A DNA stretch of 64,000 nucleotides from Octopus sinensis (GCF_006345805.1 NC_043014.1:10788001-10852000), one strand, 5' to 3'. Counted from the first letter of the stretch, positions 50,140 through 60,964 are shown. The notes: generated by a model not told the origin, from the letters alone. Translations and numbers: made by a program.

Positions 50140-51985
50140 TCTTTCTACTATATACACAAGCCCTCAAATTTTGCACCGACTCCAGTATGCAGTTGGTACT
50201 TACTTAATCGACCCCAAAAGGATGAAAAGTAAAGAATCTAAAGACGGACGAAATACTGCCGTATTATTATTATTATTACAGCTAATGATAATAAAGGTTT
50301 CAAATTTTGGCACAAGGCCAGCAATTTAGGGGAGAGTTTAAGTCAATTACATCGACCCAATTGTTTAACTGGTACTGATCTATCGACCCCCAAAAGACGA
50401 AAGGTAAAGTCAGCCCCAGCGGAATTTGAACTCAGACCGTAAAGACGGGCAAAATGCCGCGAAGTATTTTGTCCAGCACGGTCACAATTCTACCATCTTG
50501 CCACCTTAATCTGTTCTTAATTGATTTGAATTGTTATCTTGTACATGTTTTGTCTTGCTATAAAAGATGGGCTACAGCAAATATTCTGCTGAATACCAAA
50601 GATTTGCCTATCAGTTGTTTGACCGTAACCAGTTGAGGATGTCCCAAGTGGGTGACGATATGCGCAGAAGTAGTGGGGGAGCATCACATCCATGTGTTGA
50701 GAGGAATTCTTTGGAGTTTGAATTATTCACCTCTGGAAATATGTGTTTCGTTCATCATCCTTAAACAAATCCTTATCCAGGGACCTTTTAAGTGGGATGT
50801 GCTACCTGACATGACGAAAATTCTAATTGGGCCCCACCTGCAAGGTCATGCGCTGTTTATCTTGATATGAGATCACCATGTCGAGCACATATGGTTGTGA
50901 TGCATGTGCCTAGTGTACCCTTATCAGAGAGGTATTCATGATGCAGATGTTGGGTTTCGTATATCTGTGCCCCAGTGTCACTTTGATGGCATGCACTGCA
51001 CTCTCACTCCATAATATTAATAATCTTTTCAAGGCCAAAGGTACTTAATATATCGATGCCGAGAGGTTGAAAAGCAAAGTCAACCTCGACGGAATTTGGA
51101 CTCAGAATTTAGTGATGGGCGAAATACCGCTCAGCATTTTGCCCGGCGTACTAACGATTCTGCAAACTCGTCACCTTAATAATAATATTAAACTTTTCTA
51201 CATTGACCACAGTTCTCAACTGGTACTTAATTTATCGACCCCGAAAGGATAAAAGGCAAAGTCGACATCGGCGGAATTTGAACTCAGAATGTAAAAAATC
51301 AGACGAAATACCGCTAAGCATTTTGCCCGGCTTGCTAACCTTTCTGCAAACTTGCCGTCTTAATAATATTAATAATAGGACATAATGCAGAGCACAGTAA
51401 TATTATTTTCTGCTCTAAGTACAAGGCCTGAAATTTTGGGGAATGGGGCTGGTCGGACCCAGTATGCAACTAGTACTTAATTTATCGACACCCAAAGGAT
51501 GAAAGGCAAAGTCGACCTCGGCGGAATTTGAACTCAGAACGTAGCGACAGACGAAATACCTATTTCTTTACTATCATCCACAAGGGGCTAAACACAGAGG
51601 GGAGAAACAAGGACAGACAAACGGATTAAGTCGATTGTATCGACCCCAGTACGTAACTGGTACTTATTTAATCGACCCCGAAAGAATGAAAGGCAAAGTC
51701 GACCTCGGCGGAATTTGAACTCAGAACGTAGCGGCAGACGAAATACCCATTTCTTTATTACCCACAAGGGGGTAAACATAGAGGGGACAAACAAGGACAG
51801 ACAAATAGATTACGTCGATTGCATCGACTCCAGTGCATAACTGGTACTTAAGTTATCGACCCTGAAAGAATGAAAGGCAAAGTCGACCTCGGCGGAATTT
51901 GAACTCAGAACGTAGCGGCAGACGAAACACGGCTACGCATTTCGCCCGGCGTGCTAACGTTTCTTGCAAACTCGCCGCCTTAATA
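50140..51985 (-). mobile_element. Multiple SINE-A copies and arrays around an unclassified repeat-like segment (~50510-51010)
   Basis: SINE-A matches at 50140-50505 and 51040-51985; the middle segment is unclassified. Confidence 0.7.
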
Positions 51986-52876
51986 ATATTAATAATAATT
52001 GCACATAACGCAGAGTACAGTAATATTAAAGTAACATAGATAAAAGCTGTATAATAGATGCATTATTGGTATTAGCAAATAACACAAAGAAATCCTACAT
52101 CTAGGATTTATATTATTTATAAAAAGAACAAAGAACAAAATAAATCTTAGAGATTATTTTGCATTGATTATTACATATACGTGACTCTGTGAGCGTGTGT
52201 GTATGTGTGCGTGTTTGTGCGCGCTCTTGTTGTGCGTAAAGTATGTAAAGTACAAATAGACATTATAAGTAGCAACTGGCGATATAATACAAAACAAAAG
52301 CCGGCTGATTGACGTATTCCGAACTATGCGCCATTTCCTAAGTGGACGCCTCACTAATTGCTTACTTACAGTTTGCGATAGCATGATGATGTCTGTTTTA
52401 TTAGAATTATATATTCATAATGAGCCGAACAATGCAACACAACGAGGAAAGATGTCAAGAGAAGAGTGTTTTGCAGTAGAATTAATTATCTCTTGTCACA
52501 AGACTTCAAATAAATTTCCTGTAAACCATTCATGGATGAAGTCGAAAATCTTGTCATTTTTACGTCTGTTCTGACAACCGCCTTTGTTGTTTTCTCTTTT
52601 CTGTTTGTGTTATTGCGAAAATACTCGTGGAAACGAGAGTAGTCTTTGTCACGTTAAGTAGCTTGCTTACTAACCACATGGTTCTGGGTTCAGTCCCACT
52701 GCGTGGCACCTTCGGGTAGTGTCTTCTACAATAGCCTCGGGCCGACCAAGCCTTGTGAGTGGATTTGGAAGACGGAAACTGAAAGAAGCCTGTCGTATAT
52801 ATGTATATATATATATATATATTTAGTGTAGGAAGAAATGGAGCTGAACGAAGATTTAACCAAATTCCTTTTTATT

Positions 52877-52962
52877 ATTTTCTACATATGTTTCAAAGGC
52901 TGCAAAGTCCCTAATTCGGATTGAATAAGGAGACCATTTTGCAGCCTTCTCTTCAGGAAAAT
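52877..52962 (-). ncRNA. Mirror-image type I hammerhead motif (H1, left arm)
   Basis: Exact reverse complement of 53106-53191. Confidence 0.85.
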
Positions 52963-53105
52963 CCAGGAACTTAATTCTCCAACAAAATGCACATCAAGCT
53001 TTTCGGCAAACGCTCGCGAGGAGCCCATGGGATAAATGTCTGGGCTCCTCGCGAGCGTTTGCCGAAAAGCTTGATGTGCATTTTGTTGGAGAATTAAGTT
53101 CCTGG

Positions 53106-53191
53106 ATTTTCCTGAAGAGAAGGCTGCAAAATGGTCTCCTTATTCAATCCGAATTAGGGACTTTGCAGCCTTTGAAACATATGTAGAAAAT
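53106..53191 (+). ncRNA. Complete type I hammerhead ribozyme motif (H1, right arm)
   Basis: Stem I ATTTTC/GAAAAT, core CTGAAGA 53112-18, 12-bp stem II GAAGGCTGCAAA/TTTGCAGCCTTT plus extension, GAAA 53174-77, palindromic stem III ACATATGT, triplet GTA; predicted cut after 53185. Confidence 0.85.
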
Positions 53192-53402
53192 AATAAAAAG
53201 GAATTTGGTTAAATCTTCGTTCAGCTCCATTTCTTCCTACACTAAATATATAAACTTCAAATTTCCGCACTAAGGCACGGGTTTGAGACCCCAGGGTCGT
53301 AACCTCAACCGTGTTTTTTCTGTTGTGATTTTTGCTACCCAGGTATCGGTTTTCATTTGAATAATCCGTAACAAGATAATTCATTTATCCATTTCAATAA
53401 AC

Positions 53403-53439
<37 letters not shown>

Positions 53440-53448
53440 ATATATATA

Positions 53449-53479
<31 letters not shown>

Positions 53480-53716
53480 GTGTGTATGTGTTTGTGTGTC
53501 TGTGTTTGTCCCCCCCACCATTGCTTGACAACCGATGCTGTGTGTTTACGAAATTAGCGGTTCGGCAAAGGAGACCGATAGAATAAGTACTAGGCTTACA
53601 AAAGAATAAGTCCTGGAGTCGATTTGCTCGACTAAAGGCGATGCTCCAGCATGGCTGCAGTCAAATGACTGAAACAAGTAAAAGAGAGTAAAAGATATAT
53701 ATATATATATTATACA

Positions 53717-53948
53717 CTTTATTAAAAGCAGCAGAAATATCACAAAAACTGTTACTCAGAATTTTACGTTCCCGTTCGTCGGACATTTTTGATCCTAACA
53801 AAACTGTCCGACGAACAGGAACGTGAAACTCTGAGTAACAGTTTTTGTGATATTTCTGCTGCTTTTGATAAAGCATATTACTTACTCTACCGCTGGTGTT
53901 CGAGTACTACTTTTTCCACCTTGTTTCGCATTTATGTACTTACTCTGG
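53717..53948 (+). mobile_element. H2 module: ~69-bp inverted arms plus tail, in (TA)n
   Basis: Arms 53717-53785 and 53805-53873 with a few mismatches; the right arm carries an HHR fold. Confidence 0.75.
53800..53845 (+). ncRNA. Type I hammerhead-like motif (H2), U4C core variant
   Basis: 8-bp stem I AAAACTGT/ACAGTTTT, core CCGACGA, stem II AC(A/G)GGAACGT, GAAA 53825-28, stem III ACT/AGT, triplet GTA. Confidence 0.65.
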
Positions 53949-53965
53949 TATATATATATAAATAT

Positions 53966-54228
53966 ATATTGGGGTTCATCTTTACTTTGTTATCTCCCCT
54001 ACTTTCCCTCTCGTGTGTGAGCCAGTCGCCATGACAGATCGTTAGCCACTACACTCATTTTTTTCTCTCCTTATTTTTTTCTGTGTCCCTTTCTGTAGAA
54101 GAGCGTAGGCTCGAAACGTAAAAGGCTTTTTTCTATTCCTGAGCGTTATACTAATACATCTGTTTGTTTTGTACACCACCTGTCTTCGTCTTTTGTTTTT
54201 TTTTTCGCAAACTCTCCCTATATATATA

Positions 54229-54272
<44 letters not shown>

Positions 54273-54525
54273 TTGGGGTTCATCTTTACTTTGTTCTGTC
54301 TCCCCTACTTTCCCTCTCGTGTGTGAGCCAGTCGCCATGACAGATCGTTAGCCACTACACTCATTTTTTTTTCTCTCCTTATTTTTTTCTGTGTCCCTTT
54401 CTGTAGAAGAGCGTAGGCTCGAACGTAAAAGGCTTTTTTCTATTCCTGAGCGTTATACTAATACATCTGTTTGTTTTGTACACCACCTGTCTTCGTCTTT
54501 TGTTTTTTTTTTTTTCGCAAACTCT

Positions 54526-54530
<5 letters not shown>
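53966..54530 (+). mobile_element. H3 module, head-to-tail dimer (308-bp period) separated by (TA)n
   Basis: Near-identical units ~53966-54228 and ~54272-54530; cores at 54093 and 54401. Confidence 0.8.
54088..54125 (+). ncRNA. Minimal hammerhead-like motif (H3), A6U core variant
   Basis: CCTTT CTGTAGA A GAGC GTAG GCTC GAAA CG TA AAAGG. Confidence 0.6.
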
Positions 54531-54575
<45 letters not shown>

Positions 54576-54817
54576 TCTTGTTTTAACACGCATGTTCAGG
54601 CACTCGCATACCTTTTTCGTTATATATTCATGTGCATTTTTATACGTTCATATGTATTTATATGTATATTTTTATGCATTTGTGTATTTTTGTGTCATTT
54701 TGTACACGCATATATATTTTTTACGGTTTTATGAGATTTACCTGGAGTATTCCGAAGTTACAAAGGAAATCTGTATATCGGTTACCTGAATTTTGTGTCT
54801 TCTGTCGATGCATATAT

Positions 54818-54863
<46 letters not shown>

Positions 54864-54879
54864 TAGATATATATAAAAT

Positions 54880-55090
54880 GTAACCACATGTGGATCGTTG
54901 GTGATTTTTTTCCTCCGTCTTCATTTTCTCTTGGACTTTCCTCCGTCTCCTGTTTCTGATGAAGAGCTTTGCTCGAAACGTAAAACTACCTCTCTTTCCT
55001 TCCCTGACTGTTTGGTAATACTTTGCATGTACCACGTCCTCGCGTTATTATATTTTCTTTTCTATGTATTTTCATCATCTTTTTTTCTTT
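54880..55090 (+). mobile_element. H4 module (pLTR-like) between microsatellites
   Basis: Pyrimidine-rich module containing the HHR at 54952-54986. Confidence 0.6.
54952..54986 (+). ncRNA. Minimal type I hammerhead motif with canonical core (H4)
   Basis: GTTT CTGATGA A GAGC TTT GCTC GAAA CG TA AAAC. Confidence 0.7.
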
Positions 55091-55100
55091 TGGTGGGGGC

Positions 55101-55146
<46 letters not shown>

Positions 55147-55174
55147 ATATATATATATCTATATATATATATAC

Positions 55175-55440
55175 TTGTTGTATCTAGGGAGAGTCATTCT
55201 CTTTTAGTGCCTTATTATTTAACACACTCAGCGGTTAAATTTCCACTAATTTTTTTATTTTCTAAAATTTTCGTTGCGTCTTGCAATAAGAAAGAAGTGA
55301 AATTTTACCGGTGAGTGTGTTAAATAATACGGCACTAAAAGAGAATGACTCTCCTCAGACAAAACCGAATATGCTTCAACACACGAACTCATATAAAGAA
55401 TCTTGCAAACCAAATCCAAAAACGAAATATATATATATGT
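55175..55440. mobile_element. H5 module with ~60-bp inverted arms
   Basis: Arms 55188-55247 and 55296-55354; homologous to 32976-33205. Confidence 0.65.
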
Positions 55441-55544
55441 GTGTGTGTGTGTGGTGTGTGTGTGTGTGTGTATTGATGCAAGCAAGAAAAATAGAACTCA
55501 AAGTATGAGTGTATGTATATTTTTATTAATATTTAGCAGGGGTA

Positions 55545-55750
55545 ACAGAGTGACTCAAGGTCCGAGAGTTTCATATCTATATGTTTCCTCTCCGTTTTTC
55601 CCTCTCTCCCCTCTCTTTATCTGTTTTCTCTCTTCGATTCTTTCTGTAAAGGAGCATAGGCTCGAAACGTCAGACTTCATTTATTTTTCCTAACACCTTG
55701 TTTGTTATTCCTTCACGTGTGTCTAGTCTTTTGTTCTTTGTATCGTTTTG
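55545..55750 (+). mobile_element. Diverged H3-like module with degenerate HHR core
   Basis: TTT CTGTAAA G GAGC ATAG GCTC GAAA CG TC AGA at 55641-55674. Confidence 0.55.
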
Positions 55751-55942
55751 AACAATACGCACACACACGCACACACACCACATGCATTCACACACATGCA
55801 CACACACACACACACACACACAACACACACACACACGCACGCACGCACACATGCAATTATATATATATGCACACACACACATATATATATATGTATATAT
55901 AGAAAAATTAGTCAGTAGACTATATATTATTCATATAAATAC

Positions 55943-56204
55943 AGTGTACATTTAAACAGATAAGAGGCATCCATCATAGGATTCCTTCCACGCTAGAAGG
56001 AACAGCTAAAGTCCAAATCACAAAATTATTTTATTTGCTAAAAAAAGTCTGCAACCATAGTCCAGGAGATAGAGGATAAATGTTTTTATTTTTCATTCCC
56101 TTCGAGTTTTTTATTTTCATCCCTAATAGTGGTTTGGACTTTAGCTGTTCCTTCTAGCGTGAAAGGGATCCTATGATGGACTGTTATGTGTTTAAATGCA
56201 CACT
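55943..56204. mobile_element. MITE with ~95-bp terminal inverted repeats
   Basis: AGTGTACATTTAAAC...TCCATCATAGGAT.CCTT.CACGCTAGAAGGAACAGCTAAAGTCCAAA mirrored at the right end; TA-rich flanks. Confidence 0.75.
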
Positions 56205-56273
56205 ATATATATATTATATCTATATATATATATATATATATTGTTGTATATAAAATATATTTATATATATGTA

Positions 56274-56314
<41 letters not shown>

Positions 56315-56352
56315 TATATATATATTATATATATTATATATATATATATATA

Positions 56353-56424
<72 letters not shown>

Positions 56425-56447
56425 CATATACACACACCACACACCAC

Positions 56448-56500
<53 letters not shown>

Positions 56501-56552
56501 CATATATATATATATACATATCAAAATTGATACTGATTAGAAGATCGAAAAT

Positions 56553-56597
56553 CCACCTGAAGATTGGTCGGTAGCAGACATGAAACATTTGTAGTGG
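56553..56597 (+). ncRNA. Type I hammerhead-like motif (H6)
   Basis: Stem I CCAC/GTGG, core CTGAAGA 56557-63, imperfect stem II (GTC/GAC), GAAA 56582-85, stem III ACA/TGT, triplet GTA; module ~56521-56690 between (TA)n tracts. Confidence 0.55.
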
Positions 56598-56686
56598 CGG
56601 TTTATTTAATTTATATTAAAATGTTATGTATTGATTAAGTCTTTCCTTGTTTGGTTTTAAAATAGTGGTTTTGTCTTGAATTATAT

Positions 56687-56778
<92 letters not shown>

Positions 56779-57205
56779 GTGTGTGTGGTGTGTGTGTGTG
56801 TGGTGTGTGTGTGTGGTGTGTTGATACATACATATATATATAATATATATGCATGCATATTATTGCCAACGACTTCAAAGTTCACCTGGGTTTATGGCTT
56901 ATCCCTACGGCAGTCTGAATAGACCATAAACCATATCTATGTGTATGTATATAAACAATGCAAAGTATATGAGTAATCTTTGTAAATTATAAACGTTTAG
57001 ATATGAGCAGCGCCTTGGTCTGAGTGTGTACGTGATTAGAGAGTGCAGAATGTACGCGAATGTTTGTATGATACACCATGGTTGTGAACAACGTAACCTA
57101 CAATCGTGCGTATCAAACCATACAATAGAATAGTCATACGATGATAATACGAGGGGAAAAAATCGTCTGGCAGTCACCCCGCTTTACGTTTTTGCACGCG
57201 TTGTA

Positions 57206-57536
57206 CAGCTGACGTCACGAACAGCAGCTTTGCTGGCGGCAATTGCAATAAATCTAATAGCCAGTATAATCAGTTAGATTTCTCCAATTCCCTAGTTTAG
57301 TTCCTGTTGCTTAATATTCCTTGTGTTTTCTGCTACTGACTCTGTGTACTCTTGCTGTTTGTTCTACAGTCGCTGTTGTTGCCGATGCTGCTGCTGCTGC
57401 TGCTATTACTGTTAGTGGCGTCGCTGGTGATGTATATATTTTTTGATTTGTTTATTAATTCGTTATATTGCTTAGAGGTTAATTCCGTCTGTTGCACCAA
57501 GAAGTCATTGAGTCAGAACGATGTACTCTGACGTCA
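57206..57536. promoter_or_regulatory. Candidate CRE/AP-1 regulatory cluster
   Basis: TGACGTCA at 57210-17 (overlapping E-box CAGCTG) and 57529-36; TGAGTCA at 57509-15; TE-poor context with a (GCT)n tract. Confidence 0.3.
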
Positions 57537-58527
57537 ATGGTTAATAGCGCCCAGCAGATCATCTCTCAGGGAAATGTTCGAGAGAATGATAACAGAGAAA
57601 GAGAGAGAGAGAGAGAGAGAGAGTGAAGGTTGGGCAAAATAGGCGGATATAGGTGAATTAAAAATGATGTCAACAGGTAAATAAAGGTAAATAATATATA
57701 TATTTTTTTTATGGCTGGAGTGTGTCATGAATTCGGGGAACCAATAGCATCATTTTTACACGGCATGTTGGGTTAACTTGCACGTAACACATTAATATTT
57801 ACACGAAATATGCTCTGAATTCTGGAGTGTGTCACGTTAGCCTTACAAATGAAGATCAGCAGATAATTAAATGTTTGGGACTACCTTGAAAGTGTGGGAT
57901 GAAAATTATGTATGAATCCAGGGGAAAAGTAATCATAGATCTTGATGAGGTACATATGTAATGAGAATATCTTAATTAAGTGAAAAGGATGGGAAAAAAT
58001 ACGTACGTTAGTCTTGCGTTGGGGAGCTGTAATTAGCTAAGTTGTAAAGATAGTAGTATATAGATTTTGGGGATCTGAGATGAGATGTGGTACAGATTTG
58101 TATGAATGAAAGAAAGAGAGAGACAAGGAATTATATGAGTTGGGATTGATTGAAATAATTACATACAAATTGCATCGTAACTATGTTACCGGTACGAAAT
58201 GAATCTGAAAGCTTTATGTAAATACACATGCATGCAGATGCCCACATACATACATATATATACACACATGTACATAAATACATACTTGCGAGCACACAAA
58301 ATACACCTACTCAAATACGCACGAATATACGGTCATACGCTCACGCGCACTCTCGTATAGGTGGAAATGGACTGGCGTGCATGCTTTTAATTAACATACA
58401 TTTAGCTTCGCTTTAAAAATAGAGACGATGGTTGAACCAGAGAACTGTCTCTGGAGGATGGAACGAAAAACAACTCGACTAGATTCGCCGGTCATTATCA
58501 GCTTAGCGGGAGTATTTACACATCGAG

Positions 58528-58606
<79 letters not shown>

Positions 58607-58669
58607 AAAGTTGAAGATACCGTTGTGATTTCTGAAAATGTGGAAAAAAAACACATATATATATACCCT

Positions 58670-59087
58670 CTTTTTACTCTTTTACTTGTTTCAGTCATTT
58701 GACTGTGGCCATTCTGGAGCTCCACCTTTAGTCGAGCAAATCGATCCCCAGGACTTATTCTTCGATAGCCTAGTACTTATTTTATCGGTCTCTTTTGCCG
58801 AACCGCTTAGTTACTTGGACGTAAAAACATCAGCATCGGTTGTCAAGCGATGCTGGGGAACAAACACTGACACCCAAACACACACACACACACCACACAC
58901 ACACACACCACACACACACACACACACATACATATATACGACGGGCTTCTTTCAGTTTCCATCTACAAAATCCACTCACAAGGGTTTGGTCGGCTCGAGG
59001 CTATAGTAGAAGACACTTGCCCAAGGTGCCACGCGGTGGGACTGATCCCAGAACCATGTGGTTGGTAAACAAGCTACTTAGCACACA

Positions 59088-59090
<3 letters not shown>
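58670..59090 (-). mobile_element. SINE-B
   Basis: Family match. Confidence 0.8.
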
Positions 59091-59121
<31 letters not shown>

Positions 59122-59759
59122 CTGAAAATGGGGTTAGAGAATAGCTTGCTAAGACTATGGGAAAGAGCATCTCTGCATGGCCAATGTCCAGGTGTAGTTG
59201 TGTGGTTAAGACGCTCACTTTGCAACCGCGTGGTTTAGGGTTCAGTCCCGCTGTATGGCACCTTCTGAGTAACTTAAGGTTAGCTGTTTGTAGGAGAGGG
59301 AGATATTCGATCGGAATCATATACTAGATCGATTTGTACAAAAAAAAAAAAAACTATTTATATCCTGCCGTTTTACATCTACAATGGACCCTTAGCACAG
59401 TGGATTAGAAGTACCTTCCAAATCATCCTCAAACCATTATGTCCTAACATTGAAAACAAAAAGAGAAAGATCACATTGGATTATGTAGTATTAGATATAT
59501 TATGTCCGAATAAAAGACAGGGTGGTCACGATTGGAATTCTTTTGGCTATTTGATTGCTCGAATAGTGCTGGATTGAGGTTAAGCAACGACTTACAGAGC
59601 CATTTCGATTCGATGGGTGCGTTCTAGTTATCACCGTTGGTTGACTTGAATCCGATACTACAAAATAAATAATTAAATAGATAAATAAATAATCTTCCGC
59701 TCCACCAACTGGCGTCTCCCATTCCCTTGTCTTTTCGTTTGCTTGAAACATTGACTCTT

Positions 59760-60520
59760 TCTATAGCAACCTGTGTATCACACTTAATATGGACAAATCA
59801 AGGAAAACCGAATTAACTGTGGTATTCATCCAGAGATATTTCTTATAGACGTGCAATGTTAAAAGCACAAAAATATATCAGTAACAGACGAAAATAACCT
59901 AGAAGCAGTGTTGATTTTACTTGATGCACATTTCTGCTTCTTTGGGTTTCGTCAGTAGCAAGCACCCACTAGCAACCTTAGGTTAGTCGCTGCTGATAGA
60001 AAATCAGTGATGTAAGAATTAGCAGGCTTGTTGGATAAGTATTCGTTGTGTGAAACAGAAACCAGATGCAGCACTAATTTAAAATGGAGGCTTCTGTATG
60101 ATACTTAATCCAGATATATCACGGAAAGCCGAATTAACTGCAGTATTCGTCCTTAGATAATAGCTTTTATAGAAGTATAGTGTTAAAAATCACAAAAATC
60201 GACCAATGGAAGATTCAAATCGACCACCAGCAATGACAGTATCGCTAGCTATGCATTTCTACCTCTTTGAGCTTCGTCAATAGCAAGCACTCACTGCCAA
60301 CCTCATACAAATACAAAATCCGTCGTTACTGATATAGATAAGCAGCGTTTGAAATATCACTGATGTTACAATTAGCCGGCTGGTTGAATAAGTATTCATT
60401 ATGTGCAACAGAAGCAGTGTTAGTTTGAAAAAGCAACCCGCGTATCATCCTTAATGCAGATACAACACGAAAAGCCGAATAAACCGCAGTATTTGTTTTG
60501 AGATAATATCTACTGATGTA
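59760..60520 (-). repeat. T325 tandem repeat, ~2.3 units, minus strand
   Basis: Cores at 59949-55 and 60274-80 (325-bp period); CCGAAT.AAC.G.GGTATT blocks at ~59807, 60128 and 60475. Confidence 0.7.
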
Positions 60521-60964
60521 CAATGTTAAGAAACGCCTCCTTCCATTCTTAACTTTCTCACTTTTTGTTCATCTTGTATCATATTCTTCTCACTCTTTCA
60601 CACTGTCTTTCTCAGCCACTTTTCATTCACTGCCTCTCTTCTTCAATCCTCGTTTACTTGCCTACAGTCCAAAAGACAACGTCATATTTTCTCATTTCCT
60701 CACTGTCATGTGAAGGGCAAGGTCCGAAATGTCAGATTATTCCTGTCTCACGGCTATTCAAGTTATCAAACAACGCTTTTATACACCAAACATCTCCACA
60801 GAAACGACCAAAAACATAAAATGAAACAAAACACAAAACGTTAACGTCAGAATAGGTGGAGACTATCACAAAACAAGATATGAAATTGTGTTGTTTAGCT
60901 CTCAAGTAATTGTTACATATGGAGGTTTCATACACTGGAGATTATTCTAGCATTATGAAATACC

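Larger units (their letters stand above)
52816..53402 (+). mobile_element. H1 module: 437-bp perfect palindrome plus 150-bp tail (Penelope pLTR-like)
   Basis: Arms 52816-53027 and 53041-53252 (212 bp each, no mismatch found), 13-nt spacer; unique tail 53253-53402 ending AATAAAAC-(TA)n. Confidence 0.85.
52655..53695 (+). mobile_element. SINE-B whose internal (TA)n hosts the H1 module
   Basis: Head and body 52655-52815; resumes after 53403 with the (TG) tract and tail. Confidence 0.85.

Noticed and set aside
60704-60736. Degenerate HHR-like GGGC-AAG-GTCC-GAAA-TG-TC
   Set aside because: Core reads CATGTGA and stem I is mismatched; at most a dead relic, so not called.
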